64,000 bases of DNA, taken from the NCBI GenBank assembly GCA_040772485.1, contig JAXGYC010000009.1:288001-352000 (forward strand), written 5' to 3'. The notes beneath the pieces are model-generated. The model worked only from the letters and a program-made list of their open reading frames with translations. It had not been told where the DNA came from and searched no databases. Origin of the DNA: Sedimentisphaerales bacterium (GTDB lineage: Bacteria; Planctomycetota; Phycisphaerae; Sedimentisphaerales; Anaerobacaceae). Shown one piece after another: positions 10,094 through 20,255 of the stretch; within the stretch, counting starts at the first letter, position 1; the number at the start of each line of letters is the position of its first letter. Made by a program: the position numbers and the translations under genes.

Positions 10094-10189
10094 GGAGTTT
10101 CAAGTTTGAAGTTTCAAGTTTGAAGTACGCCGAAGCATCCTGCTTCAGACTTCCCACTTGACACTTCAAACTTCAAACTTGAAACTTCC
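10094..10189. repeat. Heptamer tandem-repeat inverted element
   Basis: (TCAAGTT/TGAAGTT)n at 10094-10126 is reverse-complemented by (ACTTCAA/ACTTGAA)n at 10163-10188. Confidence 0.85.
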
Positions 10190-10250
10190 GTGCAGGCGCC
10201 TCGGAGCCAAGCCAGCGCCGTCACAAGGTCGCCGTATTGGAGCAGGTCCA

Positions 10251-11267
10251 GTGAGACTGACGCGTTACAAGGGCAATCCTGTCCTGTCACCCAACCCTGC
10301 AAATGACTGGGAAAACCTGGCCGTGTTCAACCCGGCCGCATGGTACGACCAAGACGCCGGGCTGGTCCTGCTTCTCTACCGGGCCGCCGAGGCCCATCCC
10401 GAATACAAGTGCTACTTCGGCCTGGCCACCAGCGACGACGGATACCGCTTCGAGCGGGTCTCGAACGAGCCGGTGATCGGACCGAGCGTCGATGGGTTTG
10501 ACGCCAGCACGATCCAGGACCCGCGCATGGTCAAGATCGGCGAGTGGTACTACATCACCTACGCCGCCCGCTTTTTTCCCTTCGGTCAGTTCTGGATGCC
10601 GAAAGAGGTGCAATACAGGCCGCCCGCGTGCCCGCCCGATTTCCCGAAGGTCATTCGCACCAATGCGACGAGCACGGGACTGTTGCTGACGAAGGACTTC
10701 AAGACGTTCATCCGCGCCGGACGCATCACCGATCCAACGCTCGACGACCGTGACGTCGTGCTGTTCCCGGAGAAGATCAACGGCAAGTACGTCATGATGC
10801 ACCGGCCGCTCGAATGGGTCGGTCCCGAATACGGCACGAACCACGCCTGCGCGTGGATTTCGACGGCAGACGACCTGCTCGGCTTTCGCAGCAGCGTGCT
10901 GCTGATCAAGGCCAGGTACGATTGGGAGGCGGACAAGCTGGGCATCAATACGCCTCCGATCAAGACCGAGCAGGGCTGGCTGACGCTGTATCACGCCGTC
11001 GGCCCCGACAAACGCTACCGCCTGGGCGCGCTGTTGCTGGACCTGGAGGACCCGCGCCGGGTGCTTCATCGCACTGATGAGTGGATCATGCAGGCCGAGG
11101 CGGACTACGAAGTCGATGGCTACTATCGGGGCTGCGTCTTTCCTTGCGGCAAAGTGGTTATTGGTGAAACGCTCTTCGTCTACTACGGTGCGGGCGACAA
11201 GTACGTCTGCCTGGCTACGTGCCCGCTCGCGGAGCTGATTGACTACCTGCGGTCTTGTCCGGCTTGA
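10251..11267 (+). CDS. GH130 family glycosidase / beta-mannoside phosphorylase
   Basis: RY.GNPVL.P, FNPAA, LLYRA, QDPR, DRDVVLFPEKING, HRP, PPIKT..GWL.LYH and YYGAGD motifs. GTG start after GGAG. Confidence 0.93.
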   Translation: MRLTRYKGNPVLSPNPANDWENLAVFNPAAWYDQDAGLVLLLYRAAEAHPEYKCYFGLATSDDGYRFERVSNEPVIGPSVDGFDASTIQDPRMVKIGEWYYITYAARFFPFGQFWMPKEVQYRPPACPPDFPKVIRTNATSTGLLLTKDFKTFIRAGRITDPTLDDRDVVLFPEKINGKYVMMHRPLEWVGPEYGTNHACAWISTADDLLGFRSSVLLIKARYDWEADKLGINTPPIKTEQGWLTLYHAVGPDKRYRLGALLLDLEDPRRVLHRTDEWIMQAEADYEVDGYYRGCVFPCGKVVIGETLFVYYGAGDKYVCLATCPLAELIDYLRSCPA

Positions 11268-11281
11268 GGAAAGGGGAGTCC

Positions 11282-13171
11282 ATGGCCGTCACGCTTCATC
11301 CGATCGACATCGCGATCATCGTCGGCTACGTCCTGGCCGTCATCGTCATGGGCTGGCTCCTCTCCAGGCGCGCATCCAAGGACCTCAATGCGTACTTTCT
11401 GGCCGGCAAAAGCCTGCCCTGGTGGGTGATCGGCACCTCGCACGGCGCCAGCGGGTTCGACATCACGGGCACGATGTGGTTTGTGACCATGCTGTTCACC
11501 TATGGACTGCGGGCGGCGTTTGCTCCATGGGTCTGGCCGCTGTTCGACCGCATCTTTCGACAGATGTACCTCGGTGCGTGGATTCGCAAGTCCAACGTGC
11601 TCACCGGCGCCGAGTGGATGCGCACGCGATTCGGCCGAGGCACCGGAGGCACTCTCTCCCACATCAGTGTCGTGGTCTATGCCGTCCTCGTGACGGTCGG
11701 GTTCGTCGCGTACGCACTCAAAGGGATCGGCAAGTTCGCCGATGTGTTCTTCCCGTGGGACCTCGCCTGGGGACCGCTGTCCAGCGCCGAATCCTACGGC
11801 ATCGTGATCCTCGCGATTACCACGGTCTATCTGCTCTTCGGCGGCTGGTACAGTGTCGTGCTGACCGACCTGCTCCAGTTCGCCCTGCTCGTGGTTGCGT
11901 CGATCTTTATCGCCGTCCTGGCCATGTCGAAGGTCAGCCCCGAGATGCTCGCGGCCGCCGTCCCCGACGGGTGGTTCGATCTGATTCCAGGCTGGAGGCT
12001 GGGTTTGGACTGGTCGAGTCACATCGCCGGGCTGAACGCCAAGATCTACGGGACCGCCACGCAGGCTGGTGACGGCTACACACTGTTTGGTTGCGTCGTC
12101 ATGATGTGGCTGCTGCGCGGAATCCTGGTCAGTGCGGGCGGGCCGTCGGCCGGCTACGGCATGCAGCATCAGCTCTCGACGCGCAACGCACGCGAAGCGG
12201 CGCTGGAGAACTGGTGGATGTCGATCGTGCAACTGGCGCCTCGCTCGCTGATGATCGCCGGCATCGCGATCCTCGGCCTGGTCTTCTTCACGCCGGAAGT
12301 CAACCGGATGGTGGCCGACAGCGGTAGCTTCGATTTCGAGCAGGTCCTGCCTTTCGTGATTGCCAGATTCGTTCCGGTCGGTCTGACCGGGCTCCTGATG
12401 GCGGGACTCCTGGCGGCGTTCATGAGCACGTTCGACTCGACGGTCAACGCGGGCGCCGCTTATGTGGTCAACGACGTCTACAAACGCTACGTCAATCCCA
12501 CGGCGTCGAATCGCCGTTATGTGTGGATGGGCTACTTCTGGTCGGTTGCTCTGGTCGTGGTGGCCGTGGTGGCGGCGCTGCGGATCGAGAATATCGACAA
12601 GACCACCAAGTGGATCACAGGTCTGCTCTACGCCGGCTACATCGCGCCGAACGTTCTGAAGTGGCACTGGTGGCGGTTCAACGGCTACGGCTACTTTGCC
12701 GGCATGATTGCCGGCGCCGCGGCGGCTCTGGCCTTCCCGCACGTCAACCATCTGATCGCGCGGACCTGGGGTCACTCCGTCAGCGCGAACTACGCCTTTC
12801 TCATCCTGGTTCCGGTCGGTGGCCTTGCCTCGATCGTGGCGTGCCTGCTGACGCCTCCTGACGACGTCGAGACGCTCAAGAGCTTCTACCGCAGCGTGCG
12901 TCCGTGGGGGTTCTGGGGACCCGTGCTCGGCGAACTGCGGAAGGACGACCCGTCCGTTCAACCCAACCGCAACTGTGTCCTCGATCTATTTAACGTAGCC
13001 AACGGGATCCTCTGGCAATTCTCGCTGATGGTCGCGCCGTTCTGTCTGGTCCTCCGCCGGTGGGACACCTTCTGGATGTCGCTCGGTGTGCTGGCCGTCA
13101 CATCCGTAGTCATGAAGTTCACCTGGTACGACCGTCTCGAACCGGGGGAGGTGCAGGCTACCGGCGTGTGA
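11282..13171 (+). CDS. Sodium:solute symporter (SSF) family protein
   Basis: YFLAGKSLPWW, SGFDITGTMW and GLLAAFMSTFDS motifs; about 14 TM segments; cotranscribed with GH130. Confidence 0.95.
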   Translation: MAVTLHPIDIAIIVGYVLAVIVMGWLLSRRASKDLNAYFLAGKSLPWWVIGTSHGASGFDITGTMWFVTMLFTYGLRAAFAPWVWPLFDRIFRQMYLGAWIRKSNVLTGAEWMRTRFGRGTGGTLSHISVVVYAVLVTVGFVAYALKGIGKFADVFFPWDLAWGPLSSAESYGIVILAITTVYLLFGGWYSVVLTDLLQFALLVVASIFIAVLAMSKVSPEMLAAAVPDGWFDLIPGWRLGLDWSSHIAGLNAKIYGTATQAGDGYTLFGCVVMMWLLRGILVSAGGPSAGYGMQHQLSTRNAREAALENWWMSIVQLAPRSLMIAGIAILGLVFFTPEVNRMVADSGSFDFEQVLPFVIARFVPVGLTGLLMAGLLAAFMSTFDSTVNAGAAYVVNDVYKRYVNPTASNRRYVWMGYFWSVALVVVAVVAALRIENIDKTTKWITGLLYAGYIAPNVLKWHWWRFNGYGYFAGMIAGAAAALAFPHVNHLIARTWGHSVSANYAFLILVPVGGLASIVACLLTPPDDVETLKSFYRSVRPWGFWGPVLGELRKDDPSVQPNRNCVLDLFNVANGILWQFSLMVAPFCLVLRRWDTFWMSLGVLAVTSVVMKFTWYDRLEPGEVQATGV

Positions 13172-14300
13172 CTGCGGAGCCGGCTGGCTCAAAGACCGCC
13201 TCGGCGATTTTGAGCCGCAGCTCTCGTACGGTGCCCTTGTCGTGCGGGTGCGCGCGGTTGGTCAGGAGGATCACGTAGGTATCGACAGCCGGGTCGCATA
13301 CGATGCTGGTGCCGGTGTAGCCGGTGTGACAGAACGCTTGCTCGGAGGCGTGCGGGCCCTTGAGCCATGCGTAATCGGAGGCGACGTCGAAGCCGTAGGC
13401 GCGGCCGTGGGACTGGACCGTCGTCAGCATTCGCGTGGCATCGGGGCTCAGGATTCTCGTCCCGTGCCAAGCGCCGCCGTTGAGGAGCATCCGGCAGTAG
13501 ATCGACAGATCGGACGCGGTCGAGAACAGGCCCGCGTTGCCGCTGACGCCGTCCATCAGTTGGGCCAGCGGGTCGTGGACGGTTCCGCGCAGGGGCTTGC
13601 CGTCGACGATCTGCGTTGCGGCGATCCCGTCCTGACAGGATGCGGGCGGGTTGAACGTCGTCCGGTGCATGCCCAGCGGCTCGAAGATGTTCTCTTTGCC
13701 GAATTCCGCGACGTTCCAGCCGGAGACGATCTCGACGATGCGAGCCAGCACGATGTAGCCCAGGCAGCTATAGCGAAACTCCTCGCCCGGCGCATTCATC
13801 GCCTCCAGGCGGCAAATCCTCTCGATTACCTCTTCCGGGCACGGGCTGCCGTATTCGTCGGCCAGTGACTTGGCAGTGGTATACGCCGGCAGACCCGACG
13901 TGTGAGTCAGCAGATGCCGGATTCGCGCATCGGCCTTGCCGGCACAGGCGAAGGCGGGCAGGTAGGCACCGACGCGATCGTCGAGGTTCAGTTGCCCTCG
14001 GTCCACCAGGATCAGGATCGACGTTGCGGTCGCGATGGGCTTGGTCAGTGACGCCAGGTCGAAGACGGTGTCCATCTCCATCGGCTCAGCGACTGGGTCG
14101 ATGATGGCCGACCCGAACGCCTTGTAGTACAGAATGCGATTCGACCGCCCGACCAGCACGACCGCGCCGGGGACATGCCCGGCCGCGATCTCCTCGTTGA
14201 CAATCGCGTCAATCCGATCCAGCCGCCGCACCGAGGGCGAGCGACAGCCCTGCAACATCACCGCCGCCGCCAGCACAACCGCCAACGAACTCCGTTTCAT
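13158..14300 (-). CDS. Serine hydrolase, beta-lactamase class C-like family, lipoprotein
   Basis: Lipobox LQGC, FDLASLTK (SxxK), LLTHTSGL, YSC and HTGYTG motifs. Confidence 0.92.
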   Translation of the reverse strand: MKRSSLAVVLAAAVMLQGCRSPSVRRLDRIDAIVNEEIAAGHVPGAVVLVGRSNRILYYKAFGSAIIDPVAEPMEMDTVFDLASLTKPIATATSILILVDRGQLNLDDRVGAYLPAFACAGKADARIRHLLTHTSGLPAYTTAKSLADEYGSPCPEEVIERICRLEAMNAPGEEFRYSCLGYIVLARIVEIVSGWNVAEFGKENIFEPLGMHRTTFNPPASCQDGIAATQIVDGKPLRGTVHDPLAQLMDGVSGNAGLFSTASDLSIYCRMLLNGGAWHGTRILSPDATRMLTTVQSHGRAYGFDVASDYAWLKGPHASEQAFCHTGYTGTSIVCDPAVDTYVILLTNRAHPHDKGTVRELRLKIAEAVFEPAGSAVTRR

Positions 14301-14311
14301 GCCATCTCCCG

Positions 14312-14366
14312 TGGTCAGTTCTCAGTTCTCAGTTGTCGGTTGCCTGTCAACTGGGAATCGTCAACT
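14312..14366. repeat. Heptamer tandem repeat (TCAGTTC/G)x4 with a degenerate inverted arm
   Basis: TCAGTTC TCAGTTC TCAGTTG TCGGTTG followed by CAACTG..CAACT. Confidence 0.7.
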
Positions 14367-14377
14367 CCTCCGCATGC

Positions 14378-16633
14378 TTAGCGCTCGGTGACGCTGACGA
14401 GGCCGACGTCGATGTACTGGCCGCCGCCGGTCTGGTGGCAGTGGACGGCCAGGCGGTTCAGGTTCGGCTTCAGCGCCGCCTTGGCCTTCTCATCGAGCGG
14501 CACCTGCACGTATCCGGCGGTATACCCCTGGATGCTCGCGACGATCTGCCCATTGATGTAGACCTCGGCGTCTTCATCGTGGTGGATGGCCAGATGCAGC
14601 TCGGCGGGAATCGTTCCGCCCAGGTCGAAACTGCGACGCAGCCAGATGTCCGAGGAGTCCCACTTCGTGCGCACCACCGCGCCCGGCGTGCTTTCCGTGC
14701 CGAAGCCGCCTTTGCCGATCTGCCATGCGGTGTCGTCGAAATCGTCCTTCTGCCAGCCGGCGGCCGGTTCGGTCGTTGTGTAGCGCCACACCCGGCCCTC
14801 GTCCTGCGAGGTCGGCACGATGGTCTTGACGATCGGGGCCGGCAGATAGAGCTTCTCGTTGGCGGCTCGCACCTTGTCGGCGTCCATCTTGATCATGGCG
14901 CGATCGTAGGTGAGCAGGCCGTTGACCTCGATCTCCACATCGGTCGTCTGCGTGTAGACCGCCGCGCACAGGCCGCCGCCGATCAACGGTCGCAGGTTGC
15001 CGATCAGCGCCAGATACGCATCGGTGAGCGCCTCGCGCGATTCATAGCTGCGGTAACCCCAGTTCTTTTCGTCCTGCCAGGTGTGGCCTCGCACGGGCAG
15101 GCCCAGGCCGCCGAACTCGCCCAGTACGATCGCCCTGGCCTCTTCCACCGGCGGAGCCGCCGGACCCGGATAGCTGTGAATGTCGTGAACGTCGCCGACT
15201 TTGTTGTCGGTCCAGCCGCTGGCGTTGTTCACCAGGCGGCTCGGGTCGAGCTTCCTGGTCAGCTCCACGATGCGAGGCGTGTCGTACTGGCCCCACCCTT
15301 CGTTGAACGGAACCCACATCACGATGGATGGATGGTTGCCGAATGCCGCCATGATGCGGCCCCACTCCAGCTCGAACTGCTTCTTGCCTTCGTCGGTCTT
15401 GTTGTTGGCGCTGGGCATGTCCTGCCAGACGAGCAGGCCGAGCTTGTCGCACCAGTAATACCATCGGGCCGGCTCGACCTTTACGTGCTTGCGGGCCATG
15501 TTGCAGCCGAGCTGCCTGGTCACCTCGACGTCGTACCGCAGTGCCTCGTCGGTCGGCGCGGTGTAGAGCCCATCGGGCCACCAGCCCTGGTCGAGCGGGC
15601 CGTACTGAAACAGGGGCTTTCCGTTGAGGAACAGCCGGTTGATGCCTTCCTCGTCCTTCTCCAGGGAAATCTTCCGCATGCCGAAGTACGACTTCACCTC
15701 GTCGTGCACGACCGGCAGATTGAAATGGCCGAGCGTGATCTTGACATCGTAGAGGAACGGATCGTCGGGCGACCACAGATGCGGATTGGGGATGAGCACC
15801 TCGATCTGGTTCAAGCCTTTGGCTTGAGCGATCACCTCGCCGCCGGCGGAGACCTCGACCGTGACGTTGTCGCTGCGTGTGAGCCTCGTGCCCATCTCGA
15901 CGATGAGCTTGGCGCCGTCGACGTCCGGGGTGAGCTTGAGGCCCTCGATGCAGCGCCTGGACACCGGTTCCAGCCAGACTGTCTGCCAGATGCCGGTGAC
16001 CGCCGTATACCAGATGCCATGGGGCTTGCGGACCTGCTTGCCGCGCGGCTGGTCGCCCGCATCGGTGGGGTCCCAGACGGAAAGGACGATCTCCTGCGGT
16101 CCGCCGGCTCTCAGGGCGTGGGTGATGTCGAACGCAAAGGGATCGTATCCACCCTGGTGGCTGTCGATCTTCATGCCGTTGATCCAGACGGTGGCGTCCC
16201 AGTCCACGGCGCCGAAGTTCAGCAGGATGCGATTGCCCTCGCCCCATTCCCTGGGGACGTCGAAGGTGCGGCGGTACCAGAGCCGGTTGTCCGGGCCGAC
16301 CGGCTTCATCACGCCGGACAGCGCCGATTCGACCGGGAACGGCACCAGAATCTGGCCGTCGAAATCACGCGGCTGCCGCTCGTCCTTCGGCCGGATCGCA
16401 TAGTCCCACAAACCGTTGAGGTTGAGCCAGTTCTGACGGACCATCTGGGGCCGGGGGTACTCGGCGTGGACGCTGTCCGCCCGGACATCCTGCGCCCATT
16501 TCGTCATCAGAGGCCCGCTCGCGGGCTTCCACGCGGCGCCGGCGACCAGACACAGGCACGCGACCAGAATGGCCGCGAGCAGGATCGTGCGTTCATTCGA
16601 GGGTGTTGGGGGTGTTGCTGGGCTGCTGTTCAT
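14378..16633 (-). CDS. Glycoside hydrolase family 2 with C-terminal galactose-binding-like domain
   Basis: YPRPQ.VR..W.NLNG.W, LNFGAVDW, GPLDQGWWPDG, RKHVK, WVPFNEGWG (acid/base) and GEFGG (nucleophile) motifs; GGAGG RBS. Confidence 0.95.
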   Translation of the reverse strand: MNSSPATPPTPSNERTILLAAILVACLCLVAGAAWKPASGPLMTKWAQDVRADSVHAEYPRPQMVRQNWLNLNGLWDYAIRPKDERQPRDFDGQILVPFPVESALSGVMKPVGPDNRLWYRRTFDVPREWGEGNRILLNFGAVDWDATVWINGMKIDSHQGGYDPFAFDITHALRAGGPQEIVLSVWDPTDAGDQPRGKQVRKPHGIWYTAVTGIWQTVWLEPVSRRCIEGLKLTPDVDGAKLIVEMGTRLTRSDNVTVEVSAGGEVIAQAKGLNQIEVLIPNPHLWSPDDPFLYDVKITLGHFNLPVVHDEVKSYFGMRKISLEKDEEGINRLFLNGKPLFQYGPLDQGWWPDGLYTAPTDEALRYDVEVTRQLGCNMARKHVKVEPARWYYWCDKLGLLVWQDMPSANNKTDEGKKQFELEWGRIMAAFGNHPSIVMWVPFNEGWGQYDTPRIVELTRKLDPSRLVNNASGWTDNKVGDVHDIHSYPGPAAPPVEEARAIVLGEFGGLGLPVRGHTWQDEKNWGYRSYESREALTDAYLALIGNLRPLIGGGLCAAVYTQTTDVEIEVNGLLTYDRAMIKMDADKVRAANEKLYLPAPIVKTIVPTSQDEGRVWRYTTTEPAAGWQKDDFDDTAWQIGKGGFGTESTPGAVVRTKWDSSDIWLRRSFDLGGTIPAELHLAIHHDEDAEVYINGQIVASIQGYTAGYVQVPLDEKAKAALKPNLNRLAVHCHQTGGGQYIDVGLVSVTER

Positions 16634-16948
16634 CTTTCAACCTCCAGAGTAGGGTGTCCCAACGTATGTCGGGATCGGCGAACCTCAGAGTACGGTCTAA
16701 CGGGCCGGTTTTCAACCAAAAATGCCACATCGCCCCCCTTGGCTTTCGTCTCGAGCCGCCACGCGTTCTGCGGGCATCGCGGGATTCTGCCTGCCAATGA
16801 GGTTGTGCCGAACCCCCGTCTTGCGGTACAATGAATCCGCGAAGGTGTGTGGACGGGATACAACGGGTCGGCAGGATCACGTCATGGATGTCGCGGTTTG
16901 AGGCAAGTTCATCGGTGCGTGTTCTGCGGCTCTGGCTGTGTGGCGAGG

Positions 16949-17002
16949 GCATCTTGCCCTTGCTCTTTCTTTTCGGACACGAGGGCGAGACGCCCTCGCC
17001 AC
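16949..17002. repeat. Inverted REP-like doublet (GTGG-ended)
   Basis: GTGGCGAGGGCATCTTGCCCTTGC ... GAGGGCGAGACGCCCTCGCCAC. Confidence 0.65.
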
Positions 17003-17103
17003 GTGGGCCGGGGCTGCCAGGCAAATAGGGTCAGACGCAAGGTCTCCGCTTTCGCTTGTGGCCGGGAGCGGGTCCATGTCGAACTTCTCGAAGGAGGACG
17101 ATC

Positions 17104-20001
17104 ATGCGCACTCAATTCACGCCTGTGTTGATTCTCGCGGTGGTCTTGGGAACGTTCAATCTCAGTGTGACGCGTGCGGCCGATCCCAGTCTCGTCGGCT
17201 GGTGGAAGCTCGACGGCGGCGCCGGTGCGATCGCCGTCGATTCCAGCGGTCGCAGCGTGGACGGAGAGCTCTTCGGCAACCCGGAGTGGATGGCGAAGGC
17301 GATCTACGGAGGCGGCCTGCTGTTCGATGGGACGGATGACTACATCTTCATCGACGGCCACTTCCAGTTGGCCGAGTACACGATGACGGTCTGGTTCCGC
17401 GTGGATTCGCTGGCCCAGCGCGACATCCTGTCGGCCTACGCGGTCGGCGTGCAGCATGGCATCCTGCTGGAGGTCCAGGCCGCCGGCACGCTCCGCTACC
17501 TGCACCGGTACCCGCTGGGTACGGGGGGAGGCACGAATGTCTACAGCACCGCCTCCTACGCCGACGGCAACTGGTACCATGCAGCGATCGTCAAGTCGGC
17601 CGGCCAGATCGCGCTGTGCATCGACGGCGAGCAGATCGGCGCCGCCGCCGACACCAGTGTGTTCGATCCCACGGACTCCTTTGGCCTGGCCGTGGGCATC
17701 CTCGACAACGAGAGGGAGGTCGCTCGCCTCTTCCTCGGTCCGATGGATGACATCCGCGTGTACGATCGCGCGCTGGAGATCGGCGAGATTCGAAACGCCA
17801 TGGCAGGCCTCGGGCCCGACAGCGAAAAGGCGGGCGATCCTGTCCCATCCGATGGGGCGACGGATGTGCCTCGCGACGTGATCCTGAGCTGGAAGGCCGG
17901 CCGGTTCGCGGCGACCCACGACGTGTACCTTGGAACAGCGTTCGACGACGTGAACGACGCGGATCGAGCCAATCCAATGGGCGTGCTTCTCAGTCAGGGA
18001 CAGGCCGATGTCTCGTACGATCCGCCGGCTGTTCTCGATTTCAGCCAGACCTGCTTCTGGCGTGTCGACGAGGTCAATGCCGCCCCGGACAACACCACCT
18101 TCAAGGGCGACGTCTGGAGCTTTACGACCGAGCCGTTCGCCTACGCCGTACCGGGCGTGGTCGCCACCAGCAACGGGATCTCCGAAGCAGGCGTCGGACC
18201 GGAGAACACCGTCAACGGGTCGGGAATCGATGCCGACGATCAGCATTCCACCGCTGCGGCCGATATGTGGCTGGCCAACCCGCCGGCGGAAGGCAGCCTG
18301 TGGGTCCAATACGACCTCGGAAAAGTGTACAAACTGCACCAGATGCTCGTTTGGAACTACAACGTCATGTTCGAGTCGATCCTCGGCTTCGGGTGCAAGA
18401 ACGTGACGATCGAGTGTTCCGAGAACGGAGCGGACTGGACCGCCCTGGGCGATTTCGAATTCGCCAAGGCCACCGCAAAGGCCACGTACGCCGCCAATAC
18501 CGCGGTCGACTTCGCAGGGGTTCCCGTCCGGTTTGTCCGCCTGACGGTCAACAGCGGATGGGGCATGATGGGCCAGTTCGGCCTCAGCGAGGTGCGGTTC
18601 CTGTTCATCCCCGCACAAGCCCGCGAGCCGCAGCCGGCCGACGGCGCCACCGGCGTCGAAGTCGGCACGGCACTGGCGTGGCGCAGCGGTCGCGAGGCCG
18701 CCTCGCATGAAGTGTATCTGAGCACGGACCCGGACGCCCTGGCCCTGGCGGCCACGGTCGACTCGCCCACCTTCGCGGCGGCGCTGGAGTTCGGCAGCAC
18801 GTACTACTGGCAGGTGGTGGAGGTTAACGAGGCCGACGCCGTGACGGCATGGGCCGGCGATCTCTGGAGCTTCTCGACGCAGGAGTACGCGCTGATCGAC
18901 GACTTCGAAAGCTACAACGACGACGTCGACGCCGGCACTACCATCTTTGACACTTGGCTGGACGGCTGGGTCAACGACACCGGCTCGACGGTCGGGTACC
19001 TCACCGCTCCATTTGCGGAGAAGACCATCGTGCATGGCGGTGCGCAGTCGATGCCTCTGGCATACAACAACGAGGCCTCTCCGTGGTATTCCGAAGCGGA
19101 TCGAACGTTTGACACCGCTCAGAACTGGTTGGTGCATGGCGCCGACACTCTGGTGCTGTACGTACGAGGCATCGCTCCGGCCTTCCTCGAAAGCGCCGAT
19201 GGGAGTGTCATCATGAATGCCATCGGCACCGACATCTGGAACAACGCGGATGAATTCCGTTACGCCTACAAGAGCCTCAGCGGCGACGGCTCGATCATCG
19301 CCCGCGTCGACAGCGTGTTCCTGAGCGATGGCTGGGCCAAGGCCGGTGTGATGATCCGCGAGAGCCTGGCGCCGGGCTCCAAGCACGCGATGGTGGTGGT
19401 CACCCCGTCCAATGGCGTCTCGTTCCAGCGTCGCATCGAGACCGATGGCGCCAGCACGAGCACCGACGCGGCGGGTCTGGTCGCGCCGCATTGGGTGAAG
19501 CTGACGCGAACGAACAATACGTTTGCCGCGCAGCGCTCCGCGGACGGGCAGACCTGGATCGACATCGAAGTCAGTCCGGCCTTGACGATCTCGATGACCG
19601 CCAACGTCTACGTCGGCTTGGCGGTGACCAGCCACAGCGCGACCGTGGCGACCGGGGCCGACTTCTCCGGCATCTCGGCGACCGGGAACGTCACGGGCGC
19701 CTGGCAGGTTGCGGAGATCGGCGTCGAGCAGCCCGACACGGGCAACGCGGCCGAACCGCTCTACGTCGCCATCGAGGACAGCGCCGGCAAGGTCGGCGTC
19801 GTGACGAATCCGGACACGCTGGTCACGGCCCGAGGCTCGTGGAACCAATGGCAAATCCCGTTCACCGAGCTGACCGGCGTCAACCTGAGCCGGGTCCAGA
19901 CGATGACGATCGGCGTCGGTTCGCGGACGAGCCCGGCCGCCGGAGGAACCGGACTGATCTATATCGACGATATCGCTTTCGGCCGAGCAACCACCGAGTA
20001 G
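17104..20001 (+). CDS. Secreted multidomain protein: LamG-like jellyroll, discoidin (F5/8)-like and repeated beta-sandwich modules
   Basis: Signal peptide, DPSLVGWWKLD and WYH..MDDIRVYDRAL (LamG), two P.P.DGA..V...WRVDEVN...WSFTT modules; GGAGG RBS. Confidence 0.9.
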   Translation: MRTQFTPVLILAVVLGTFNLSVTRAADPSLVGWWKLDGGAGAIAVDSSGRSVDGELFGNPEWMAKAIYGGGLLFDGTDDYIFIDGHFQLAEYTMTVWFRVDSLAQRDILSAYAVGVQHGILLEVQAAGTLRYLHRYPLGTGGGTNVYSTASYADGNWYHAAIVKSAGQIALCIDGEQIGAAADTSVFDPTDSFGLAVGILDNEREVARLFLGPMDDIRVYDRALEIGEIRNAMAGLGPDSEKAGDPVPSDGATDVPRDVILSWKAGRFAATHDVYLGTAFDDVNDADRANPMGVLLSQGQADVSYDPPAVLDFSQTCFWRVDEVNAAPDNTTFKGDVWSFTTEPFAYAVPGVVATSNGISEAGVGPENTVNGSGIDADDQHSTAAADMWLANPPAEGSLWVQYDLGKVYKLHQMLVWNYNVMFESILGFGCKNVTIECSENGADWTALGDFEFAKATAKATYAANTAVDFAGVPVRFVRLTVNSGWGMMGQFGLSEVRFLFIPAQAREPQPADGATGVEVGTALAWRSGREAASHEVYLSTDPDALALAATVDSPTFAAALEFGSTYYWQVVEVNEADAVTAWAGDLWSFSTQEYALIDDFESYNDDVDAGTTIFDTWLDGWVNDTGSTVGYLTAPFAEKTIVHGGAQSMPLAYNNEASPWYSEADRTFDTAQNWLVHGADTLVLYVRGIAPAFLESADGSVIMNAIGTDIWNNADEFRYAYKSLSGDGSIIARVDSVFLSDGWAKAGVMIRESLAPGSKHAMVVVTPSNGVSFQRRIETDGASTSTDAAGLVAPHWVKLTRTNNTFAAQRSADGQTWIDIEVSPALTISMTANVYVGLAVTSHSATVATGADFSGISATGNVTGAWQVAEIGVEQPDTGNAAEPLYVAIEDSAGKVGVVTNPDTLVTARGSWNQWQIPFTELTGVNLSRVQTMTIGVGSRTSPAAGGTGLIYIDDIAFGRATTE

Positions 20002-20255
20002 GGCCGCCGGCAAGCGGTCGAGAACGCTGCGGATCAGGATTTCCGCACGGCCGACGATGGCTTTCTGCGCCGGGTCTGCCGCAAACGGGCGAAAAGAAAA
20101 CGCAATTGAGTCTTGCCCGCACAGGCCAGAAAATGGCATAATACAACAAACTGCAAGGTTTTCGGGAACGCCGCCTGAGGCCCGTGGAAACGACGCGGAC
20201 GGGGGCGTTTTCCCGACAGGTGATATCGCACAAGGTTTTTAGACGGAGGAGCATC

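Noticed and set aside
16909..20139. 1076-aa minus-strand ORF and similar long antisense ORFs (57-2351, 14333-16834, 46588-48222, 54843-56600)
   Set aside because: Codon-register mirrors of well-supported genes on the other strand, with no recognisable motifs.
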